This document shows, piece by piece, positions 13,101-25,100 of a DNA stretch of 64,000 nt (the first letter of the stretch is position 1; each line of letters begins with the position of its first letter). Under the pieces are notes generated by a model, which saw only the letters and a program-made list of their open reading frames with translations, was not told the origin of the DNA and did not search any database. The position numbers and the translations under genes were made by a program. This DNA comes from Callorhinchus milii (lineage: Eukaryota): the NCBI RefSeq assembly GCF_018977255.1, contig NW_024704742.1, positions 104,720,001 through 104,784,000 of the forward strand. Direction: 5' to 3'.

Positions 13101-16100
13101 GCAACATCATCCACCTGCCTCTTGTCACCCACACCACAACCTTTCTGTCCCCTTCACCCTCCCCATCACCTGCTCCTACCACGACCCCCATTCTACATCC
13201 TTCCTCCCCATCTCTCCCTCCTCTCGCTCACCCACCATCACCTCCAAGAAACCCTGGTTCGAGTCCTACCTCACAAACATCTGCACAAACGGCTTCTCCT
13301 CCCGCTCTCACCTGGTTACCTGTGGGGTACTCCAAGGATCCATCCTTGGCCCTCTCCTCTTTCTGATCTACATGATTCCGCTTGGGGATGTCATCCGCAG
13401 ACATGGGGTACACTTCCACACGTATGCGGACGACACCCAACTCTATTTTTTCACCTCTCTTTGCGACCCCCAGTCCTCTGATGTTCTGTCAGCCTGCCTG
13501 TCAGACCTCAGGAGCTGGATGAGCGCAAATTTCCTTCAGCTGAACGTTGACAAGACGGAAGCCATACTCTTTGGCTCTCGTCAACGTCTAAAATCTCACA
13601 GTTCTCACCTCCTCCACCTACCCGACCTCCCCCTAAGACTCTCCGAGGCATCAGGTTCGACCCCCAATTATCCTTCCTCCCCCACATGCAGTCCCTCACC
13701 AGCACCACTTTCTTCCACCTCCGACGTATCGCCTGTCTCCGCCAATACCTCTCTCCGAAAGCCGCTGAAACCCTGGTCCATGCCTTTGTCACCTCTCAGC
13801 TGGACTATTCAAATGCCCTCCTTGCCGGCCTCCCCTCCACTACCAACCATAAAATCCAGATTATTCAAAACTCTGCCGCCCGCATTCTCACCCGCACCAA
13901 ACTCCGCTCCCCGATCACCCCAGTCCTTACTAGACTGCACTGGCTGCCTGTCCCAGAGTGGATTGACTTCAAGATCCTCACCCTTGTCTTCAAATCCCTC
14001 CACTCCTCTGCACCCCCCTACCTCTCTGACCTCTTCTCTCCACAAAACAGTGCCCGTTGCCTTCGTTCCTCCGGGTCTGGCCTCCTCCTTGTCCCCTGAG
14101 TCCTCCGCTCCACCCTCAGCGGCCATGCCTTCAGCCACTATGCCCCGAGGCTCTGGAACTCCCTTCCTCACTCCCTTCGCCTCGCCCCCTCTCTTCCTAT
14201 TTTTAGGTCTCTGCTGAAGAACTTTCTTTTCGACCGCGCCTTTGGTCACATTGCTCCCCTCCCCCTGGCTCAGTCCCGGGATCCGTTACTGTGAAGCACT
14301 CTGAGACGCTGTCCAGCGTGGAGGGCGCTATATAAATCCAAGATGTTGTTGTTGATCGACCAACTTTTGTACGACCTCGATAACACTTTAAATGAACATG
14401 TTCATGATTGCGTCGTCAAGTTGTTTTGTTATTGTCAATTAATTCCTTCTCTTTAAAATTTGGTGTGACAAAAAGCATGGTGCTGCCTTGATGCTGCAGT
14501 TGTAGTCTTGATTAGCAGGGAGGGAGTGGAAATATATTCTTACTTATCTTGCAATTGATATTTTATAATAATAATAATAATAATAATCCTTGCATTTGAC
14601 ATAGCGCTTTTCACGTCAGGAGGACGTCCCAAAGCGCTTCACAGAACACACTGTAAAGTGAATTGACTGTATATTTGTGGGCGAACGCGGCAGCTAATTG
14701 CGCACAGCAATGTCCCACAAACAGTCATGGATTGAAAATGACCAATTTTATTATTGTTTTTGGTTTTGGAGGGATTATTATTAGGCTCTGTGTGGAGTAA
14801 GGAAACTTGCCCAAGGTTTCGCCCTCTGCCTGGAATTGAACTCAGGTCTCTAGCTTGCAAAGCGAGTGCTCAACCACTGAGCTACAGGACTCCACTTTTA
14901 AAAACAGTTAATTGTCTTTGTTATCACTCAATACCTTACAGCACCTTAAGAAAGAACAAATAGGAAATTGAGATTTTTAGACTTAAAATTTTAACAAAAT
15001 CTGTGTAACCTTCCATATTTTAGATTTAAAATGCTCCAAATGTCAACAAATTTGTATTTCTATGTCACTGATGTTTTTGGTAAAAATCTGCTATAACAGT
15101 AATCTTTTTAGTTTTCGATCAGTAGAATTTCTAGTACAGTAATTTTGAGTGCCCTCCAGAAAGCTATCTTAAGATCAATCTCCTGATAGACCCAATCAAG
15201 GTGACACCAACTCAGCATCATTACATTTGAAGTAACCTTTGTCAGTGACAGGTTCTCTCAGAGCTTACATTATCAAGATTGTATAATAGGTCAAGCTGGT
15301 ATAATGTGCAATGCTTTATACACTTAAAAATCCATTGCTGATTATACAAATCTCCTTACTATTCTCCTGGTGGTGGGGGGGTGCAGGTAAGTGGGGTCTG
15401 TTTGGGGCTGAGCTGGCTCCAAAGTGATGTTCTTCGCAACAGAATGTCAGAATCTAGTTGACTCTCTTTGGCAGTCTCGGCAGTCTGGTTTCTGATGCAG
15501 TATTCCAAAGTATTGCTGATGGCAGACTAGCTAGCCTGCCTCACTGGCAGGACCTGGTGGGGCAGACCTGGAGGGGGGATTCTTCCCATTCGGTTAAGTT
15601 TTAACTTCATGGTAAAACCCTGACAGATAGGGTGATCCAAGCTGGACAAGCAGCAGGAAACTTGTCAGACAGCGCTCTCAATCACAGCTATGTGGTTTTA
15701 GCTGACTGGCCTCCATTAGTATCCCTAAGGCTTAGCTTTCACCAACTTAAGCCAAATACTCATTGGGATTAAATAATCAGGGTTCGTCACTCCACTAAGA
15801 TGGTGCCCATTCCATTTTGGATAAAGGGAACATTTTATGTGTCGATGACATATATATGTGGAACTCTGTCTGGTTTGGATACTCTTAAGCTTGCTGATGG
15901 TTTTTTGCATGTGTCGAATGACTCCTGACTGACCAAAAAAAATTTCACTGGAACTATCTTAATTTTTGGTTTCTTGTTAATAAAATGCACAACTTCTAAT
16001 ATGACTGTTATATTTTTAGATCTGCCAGAATGTGAAACCTCCTACCAGCCTTATCCAAATGTTCTGCTCACTGTTCAGTTCATCATTAGAATAGGGGAAG

Positions 16101-19100
16101 TAATCTGCAGCTTTTCAAAACCAACTGAATCAGAGTCATCTGATGACAGTGATGAAGAATTGGATAGAAAGCTACATGGAATGGTAGGGATTCGGAATTT
16201 TAAGACCATGATTACTTTTCAACTGCTGTAATCCCAAGACTCAGAAATGTTAAAACGAAAGCAAGGTTTGAAAAAAGTTGTCTGATAAAATCTGTAAACA
16301 GACCTATAAAAGCAAAGTCCCATGACGCCGACTAGTTGGAATAACCTGTCCAAACCAATCTATTTTTGGAGTGTGGGTCTCCTGCGATAGTGCCACAGAT
16401 ATCCAGCTTCCTTAATTAAGCAATGCGAGTAGAAATCTTCCGAAATTCAACTCAACAGTATACCTACCCACCCACTGCCAGTTACATTATGTTATTCTAA
16501 CACTTATCTCAGGGTCAGACTCCACAACAACAAAAACAAAATTACATTTGTGTAGCGCCTTTCACGTTGGGAGGAGTCCCAAGGGGTTGGACAGACAATG
16601 ATTACTTTTCGGAACCGAGCTAGGGGTCGGGATTGGGGATTGGGGAGGGCAGAGGGAGAAGCAGGGAGATTGAAAGCACGGTCAAAGAGAAGGGTCTTGA
16701 GATGGGTCTTGAAGGAAGCAAGGGATGGGGGGGCGAGGCAGAGGGACTGTGGATTGGAGTTCCAGAGGGTGGGGGCAGAGTGGTAGAAGGTCCGCCCGCC
16801 AATAGTGGGGCGAGCGAGACGGGACGTAAAGCAGGCCAGGGCCCGCTGAGCGGAGGGAGTGAGCAGGATGGTAGGGGGTTTAGGAGGTCACAGAGGTAGG
16901 GGGTAGCAAGACCTTGGAGGGATTTGAAGATGAGGACTAGGATCTTGAATTGTATCCTCTGTGTGATGGGAAGCCAGTGGAGTCGGGCGAAGATCGAGGT
17001 GATAGGGTCACGGAGCCTGGTGCGGGAGAGGACATGGGCTGCGGAGTTCTGGATGAGCTGTAGCCTATGGAGGGAGGAGTTGGGGAGACCAACAAGCAAG
17101 GAGTTTGCATAGTCAAGCCTGGATGTAATGAAAGTGTGCGTGTATGAGGGTTTTGGCGGCCTGCGCTGCGCTGTGAGACAATGACGGAGCCGGGCAATGT
17201 TGTGGAGATGGGGGAAGGCAGAGCGGGTCATAATAATAATCCTTGCATTTGATATTGGGCTTTTCACGTCTTCTAGATGTCTCAAAGAATATGCTGTGAA
17301 GTGAATCGACTGTATATTTGTGGGCGAAACGTGGCAGCCAATTGCGCACAGCAGTGTCCCACAAACAGTAATGGACTGAAAATGACCAATTTATTGTTGT
17401 TTTGTTTTGGAGAGATTATTACTATTATTAGGCACGTTGGAGTAAGGAAACTTGCCCAAGGTTTCGACCTGCCGGAATTGAACCCAGGTGACTCGCTTGC
17501 AAGGCGAGTGCTCTAACCACTGAGCTACAGGACTCCAAAATACTTAGTTGTTCCTCATTAACTGGTGGGGTTCAGAGCTATGTTATTTTTCTATTTCCAT
17601 CTTTTATGAGGCTTTTAACTGTCAGCGCCTGAGTTGTGGAGGCGCTGATGGAAGCCAGTCAGGGGAGCCTCGGTCTTGTTGACATTCAACTGAAGAAAAT
17701 TAGTTCTAATCCAGGACTTGATGTCTGACAGACATTCTGTCAGGACTGCAGTGGTCCTGGAGTCAAGGGTGGAGGCAGAGAGACAGAGTTGGCTGTCATC
17801 CGCATACATGTGGAAGTTGATCCCATGTCTGCGGATGATGTCACCAAGAGGGAGCATATAGATATTGAAGAGGAGGGGACCAAGGACAGAGCTCAGAGGA
17901 ACGCTGCACAAGACGAGCTAGAGGAGAAACCTTTTGATGGATGTTGTGGACATCCACCTCTGTCAAGCACTCCAGGATGCAATCTCATGTAAAGGGCGCT
18001 ATATAAATGCAAGTTGTTGTTGTCAACCTGGTGCAAACCAAATTATGCACGGTTAGCACAACCTACAAATGAGATAATAATAATAATAATCCTTGAATTT
18101 GATATAGCCCCTTATTACGTCTTTGAGACGTCTCAAAACGCTTCACAGAATATACTGTGAAGTGAATTGACTGTGTATTTTGTGGGCGAAATGTGGCAGC
18201 CAATTGCGCAGAGTGTCCCACAAACAGTCTTCCATTGAGTGATCAAATTATTATTATAATTTGTTAAATTTTGAATGGATTATTAACCCCGGAAAAGTGA
18301 TCCACCAATTGACTAACAACCGGGATCTTATTTACTTATAGGTAAACAGAGGTGTGTGGAGTAAGATATCTATTTGCATTTCTTATCTATTTGCATTTCT
18401 ATTGGCAGATATCTATTGGCAGTTGACTTTATTTTGTTGCCCTAAGAATTCCTGCAACAAAATGTACTACTTTTTCTTTTACATAGATTTTAAAAAAAGC
18501 TTATAACAAAAATCACCAACAAGTCCATCTTTTCCACTAGCTATTCAACTCCAACCCCAAACTGATCTACTGGAAAGCTTCTTATACTCAGTAATTTGTG
18601 TTAACTATGGTAATAATCAGGGATACAATACCTGAGAGAAACATCAGCAAATGTACAGGTACAACATATTGTGCCATTTGGGACTCATTCACATCAAGGG
18701 GATGTCCCAAGGCACTGAACAGTAGAGTGTTTGCACCTGAGTTGGGGGATGGATTTTGAAAGGGTGGGAGAAAGATGACAGAAGGCGTGGTGAAAGAGGA
18801 AGATCTGGGATGGGGTTCCAGAGATTGGGAGTGGCTACTGGGGAGAGCATTTAAAAGTGAGGATGAGGCTCTTATACTCAGTCCTCTGGGGGATGGGGAG
18901 CCAGACAAAGATGGGGGGTAATTGGCTCACGGAGCTTAGTCTGAGAGAGGTCATGAGCAACAGATTTCTGGATGTTCTGGACTTGTGGAGGGAAGAGTTG
19001 GGAAGTTTGGCGAGCAGAGAGTTGGCATAGTAGTCTAGGCCTAGCAGAGTAAAAATACATATTTTTTTAAAAAAAGGTTACATTTGCTATTCCAATTACA

Positions 19101-22100
19101 CGAGATCACAAGAAAGGTTTGGATGGACCATTTTATCTCTGAATTGCCTTTTCTTGAATTCGATGTATTTTATGTTCATTTATAAGTTGGATTTCGGAGA
19201 TCCGGAAATAATTTGTAAACATGATACAGATTGGGCTTTCCAGAAGCACAGAGTAGCAGGCAGGGCAGCATAGGCTAGAAAGGCTTGTCCTCTTAAGCCT
19301 CCTTTATTTTACAAATTGTGGGGGAAATTTGGAGTAGTTGAAAATCTTACAACTCAAGCAAAACATCAAGTTTGAAAAGATGATCACTCTTGTTGGACTT
19401 AAAGGCTTATTTCTTTTGGTGGCTGTGAAGGAAAGAGAGAGAGGACAGTAAAGATGTGGAGAAAGATCCAATGTTCTGGAATGGGAATTGTTGCAGGAAT
19501 ATTCATCGAACACTTACCATTAATGGCCTTCAAAATGTCCTGTTAGAGATAGCATCAGTGTAGTTGTGGACCAAGGCCACAATGCAATCTCTTCATCATC
19601 AGAAAGCAATTTAACAATTTGCTTGTCCTGCTTCTGTCTGTCAAACAGTAAGATTGCTCTTCTGTGACAGCCACACTCCTTATTACTTTGACTTTTGCGA
19701 ACAGATCAGTGTCATATTTTGCTAGCTGCAGCACATTTTGCTGAATGAAACATTAATCACCAGCAAAAATATAATCCTCTGGAGTATCCATGCTGAATGC
19801 TATCACTGCACCAATCTTCCCTGGTAATACTTTTCCGTTGTATAAAAAACATTTAAGGCATGTGAAGCAGAACCTAAAGAACATTTTGGAAAAGTCTGCA
19901 ATCTTAACCAGCAGGATCAATTTGTTAGTGCTTGTTAAAATTATTCGGACAGTTGCTGAGTAATTACACTGCTTTTGCCCAACCAATGAGTCTGATTTTC
20001 TGCCTTTACAATTATTAATTTACTACTAACGATAAGTAATGGAACATAAAATATAATAACGTAAATTATGCCATATTTAAATGTGCTATTTAAATGACAC
20101 TGGAATCAGAATTTCTCAGAATCTGCATCAGTGTGTCCACATTGTCATTTCAAAATCATGTTTGCAACTTTTGTTTTCTGACCAGTCATTTTCCGATTTA
20201 TGTGGGATGTCTGTACCTTTAATTTGCTTTCTTTGGCAATAATCCCCTTCCTAGATTTGGAGACAAATCACCTTGAGAAAGTAAACCCAGAACAATTCTT
20301 TCAGATGCACTGAGACTACAGAATAAAAGGACAACAGGTTTAGGAGTGCAAAGTGAAATTTCAGGATCAACACGAAAAGTATTTCTTTAATAATAATCCT
20401 TGTATTTGATGAGGTGCTTTTCACGTCTTCTAGACGTCTCAAAGCGCTTCACAGAATATACTGTAAAGTGAATTGACTGTGTATTTGTGGGAAAAACTAG
20501 ATGATATTTAACAACTGGAACAGGTTATCAGAACTTGTGGTTAAGTCCAGGACATTGGACTCATTTGAAAAACAGATTTGGGATATTATCCCGACAAGAA
20601 AAGCACTTTATAAATGTAATTTCTTGTTGTTGTGGTTGATGGGAGACAATAGAGTAGGTATTCTGGAAGGATGAGGTGAAATGGGCTACAGGGTCTTCAC
20701 CCGAATCTCACTTACAATCTTGTGTGATTAAGCAGGATTCTTCCACAGGGTCACCACACCAACATTTCAGATCATTTGCCATTGGAATTTCAACTGCATC
20801 AATAATCACAGAAGCCACAAGATGCCCACTACACTTTTGAAATGGCAGGACACTGGAAATTTGCCAAAATCTCAGAGCATCAAAATATTTTGATGAAATG
20901 TGCAGAATGTTATCACATCTAACAGTGAAAGCAAGTTAGCTGGGTGGAGTTAGTCAAATGTGATACTTTGTGATCAATCCGTAACTAAAGTGGTCCATCC
21001 CCTGCTGCCCTCATTAACCTACTGGTCAAACCTGCTTGTAAATAGTCAACTCAGAGGGAGTCACTCCTCCCAGATCTTACGAAAGATTTTTGTAGTGAGA
21101 CCTCCTTTCAAGTGATGGTTGGTATTTTCTCCAAAGCTATTTAGAAGTCCAATTAACCATTAACTGTTTATTTTTGCTTTGTAAAAATACAATTTCTTTA
21201 CCTTTTTCTATTATCAAAGACTTGTTAAATTAAAACGTTGTCGTTTATCACTCGTTGATCCTAAATTGCTTAAAGTACATAAAGAGCAAACATCAGTGTT
21301 TAATATTGAATATTTTACCATAAGGACAGTATTTATTTTTCTGATTTGTTTGGTAACTCAGCAATGATATAGGTTTTCAGACTTTAATTTCTTGTCCTAT
21401 ATGCAGTTCAACACAGATCGAGTCAACGAGTTTCAGCAGAAAGAGTCTGGGATTAATCCGGTCCTTTGTGATTGCCTTCTGATTTGGTTTTGTGTGCAGC
21501 ATAACATCCGGCAGTTGGATAATGTTCTACAACATCTCCTCCTCCTCAGGGACCAACTGTGTGAGGCAAATTGGTACGATTCATCTCTAATTTTATTCAA
21601 TGCTGAGCTAGCTTTGAAGCTTTGCTTTTGCTTCCAAGTTATAACAATAAAAATAAACCAATTTGGTATGATGCATTGAGAAAGAAAAGTGAATCTGCTG
21701 GTGGACATTGTTTTAATTATTCTATCTCTATTTGGCAAACAAGAAAGAATCTGCATTTTAAAGAAAAACCATGTTTGCATAACATTTTGTGATGCACATC
21801 TGATGGGACTTGTATATTTATTAATTATTGTCTGTCCTATATTTGCTTCCATGTATTCCATTTTTGGCTTGCCAGAAAAGAGGCAGCTGTGACTTAACTG
21901 CTGTGTGGATTATTGGCAGCGCATTAAAATATTTTAGATTAAAGGGACTGTTATCTAGAATCTCCGTTATCCACCTAAGTGTATATATTTTTTAAAAAAT
22001 CAATATTAATTATGTTTTAAATTTTGATCATTACAGGAAATGGTTGCAGAATCCTTGCTGAAAAACTGTGATCCCAACGCATTTATCTGTGTACAAAAAT

Positions 22101-25100
22101 GTATTAATGCATAGATGCTAAATATTTTTCAGTGATACCAAGAACTGAACTTTACTGTTGAATTGGATCAGTTTTAAGCACAGGTGCTATAATGATAGAA
22201 ATTATTCCAAAGATAGCACCACCTTAAGTGAATAAAAAGAAAATGCCAGTTGAGCTGTGATACACAGACAGAACATGCAATGACTACTGCAGACAACTTC
22301 AGGCTCAAATGTGGCTCAACTTCAAGACCAACCAGTTGAGCCACATTTGAGATCTGAGATGCCACCTGCATGAAGGGCACTATATAAATGCAAATTGTTT
22401 GTGTTGTGACCATATTGGGGAAAGGGGAACAACCATTAGCAGTCTTTAATATCTATGGCTCGACTTCATATAGCATTGAGATGATAATTATCACTTCATA
22501 ATTTTAACTCATATTACAAAAATTTAGTTGAGCCACTGTTCTTACGCTTTCAAATCAAAAGGATGACAAAGTGAACTTGTGTTAAAGTGTAGTGTGGTTT
22601 GTTGCTATCCTAACAATGCAGTCATACATCATTAAACTAGTGTTGTTATTAAGATTGAATTTGTATTTATTGTGGCTGCAGTGAATTAATGGAGCACCAT
22701 GTAATTCAACAATATTAATTCTCTTCTAGGAATATTAATTCTGTTCTAGGAAATCTGTGAACTCTCTGATGATTTTCTTTGGGTTTTGTTTATATTCATA
22801 AATTCATCAAAAACCATTACTTGAAGATTATGCATCTTGGTCAGCAATTCAGCCTAATTATTCAAATATTGCTAATATACCAAGATTGGTTAAAATTAAG
22901 TATCCTTAAAGAAACTGTTAATTATCCAAAGTCAGTGTGTGCAGGAAAGTAAATGATTGCTGACTTTTTTTTACTTTGAGGTGGAAATTGAATGTGTCAT
23001 TCATTTAGAAATGCAATCACAGCAGCAATCATATTAAACAGCTACAATATCAAGCACATTAAATGTTTCATTAACGCACAAAATGGTCTTTGCATAAAAA
23101 CAGTTTGATAAAAGTGGTTGTGTATGTATTTAAATGATGGATCACATATAAAATAATAATCTGGGAGACAGGCAACCTGTATGAATATTGATTGTTACCC
23201 CATAAAAAGAACAGCCGCATAAAACGTTAGTGTTTCGTAGAATAGAAATGCATTCTATTTTATAGCTTCTAATTGTATCAAAACATCTCCAATTGTTACA
23301 AAGATATTGATTGACAAGTGTAGTGACTGCTTTTGTATCCAAACAGTAATCATCGAGCACTCTGAGGCACTACCCCACTTGAAGGATGCTATGTAAATGC
23401 AACTTGTTGTTATCATTTAACAATATCTCACAAACAGGCAAATGACTAATTAATCTGGAGGATTACGACACTCTTTTTCAAACAGTGTCATGAAATTTTT
23501 GAAATCCACCTGAGCAGGCAATTAGAATTTCACTTTAACATCTCTTCTGTAAAATACAAAAGAAATTGACATTTCTATAGTGCCTTTCACTTTGAGAGAA
23601 TGTCCCAAGGCACTTAACAGTCCTGGCTTGGCACTTGAGTTTGGGGTGGGAGCCAAGAGGTGTGGGAGGGGAAAGATGACCAAAATAATGGTCAAAGAGG
23701 TAGGTTTTGAGACGGAGCTTGCATGAGGTGAGGGAGGGAGGGAGTTGGAGGGACTCTGGGATGGAGTTCCGGAGAGTGGGGCAGATAGGCTGAAAGCCTG
23801 AACACGATGGTAGTGCAGGGACTTGAATCAAACTAGTGCCCATTGAGTGAAGCAAGCAGCTAAATCGGTACAGTTTGAGGAGGTTACTGAGGTAGGGTGA
23901 GGCGAAAGCTTTGCGCATGGACAGGAAACAGGAAGTCATGTTAGGGATGACCCAATGATCTGAAAGTATTTAAGATCCCTTAAATGTTATCGTGAGGTGT
24001 GATAGCAGGTTTGACCGCTCATGTGAGCAGCTGGCTGAATTGATCATTCTGTGCCAGCCTGTTCTGTGTTAAAAAAAATAATCCTTGTATTTGATATAGC
24101 GCCTTACCACGTCTCCGAAACATCTCAAAGCGCTTCACAGAATATACTGTAAAGTTAATTAACTGTATATTTTGTGGGCGAAACGCGGCAGCCAATTGCG
24201 CACAGCAGTGTCCCACAAACAGTCGTGGATTGAGTGACACATTTTTTTTGAAGGGATTATTATCCCGTAAAAACAACACCAATCAACTAACAACCAGATT
24301 CTACTTGCTGCTGGGTAAACAGAGGTGTGTGGAGTAAGGAAATTTGCCTAAAGGTTCACCTCACCCGGGATTCGAACCTCGGTCTCCCTTGCGAGGAGAG
24401 TGCTCTAACCAGTGAGCTACAGGATTCCACAATAGAGAGAGAAAGAAAGAAATAGAGAAAGTGGCAGAGAGAGGGAAACTTTGGCATGGTGTAGCACCAC
24501 AGTGACAGCATAATTCTTAATGGATTTTGTTTTTAGCTGTTTGGGTGTTGTAGTTTGAGTTTTGACCCATTATTTGCACTGTTTGCTTAACTGCAATAGG
24601 TGCTGATAATCGTCTCTCTTTTGAACAGTGACTCAGTATTTGGAAAGAGATAAGTAGTTAGCCGGAAAAATTCCAACTTTTCCTCTTAATTTTCCTTCCC
24701 ACCAGGCAAACTGCGAGTCAGTCTGAGATGTCACAGTGATTCTATTATATTATTAAAAGAATAAAAGTCAACTGAGTTTGGATACAAAAGTAGTCACTAT
24801 ACTTGTCAACAATTATCTTTGACTTATTGTTATAATGGGACTCCACTGTATTGATAATTGAGCATCTGTCCAAATTTAACAAATATTGTCAGCCTACAAT
24901 TAGGCTCAGTTTCAGATGCACAGATGGACATTATAATAATAAGTGAGACCTGATTGTTAAAACCACGTCTTATTAAAAGGGTGCATTGAGCAGAATACTC
25001 AAAATAATATGCAGGATAAAAAAAAACAGAAGATAAACTGTTATCCCATTTCCAATAATGTATCTTAAAAGGTTAAAAAAAGAAGCAACTGAGAATTTGT

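Noticed and set aside
17455..17536. tRNA-Ala-like cloverleaf (stem CTCGC/GCGAG, loop CTTGCAA) here and in other copies
   Set aside because: Always fused to the SINE body and tail and variably mutated, so these are SINE heads rather than tRNA genes
19513..19990. Minus-strand stretch with an acceptor, an open frame of about 60 codons and a GGTAAG donor
   Set aside because: In-frame stop before the donor, no recognisable protein and no partner exons
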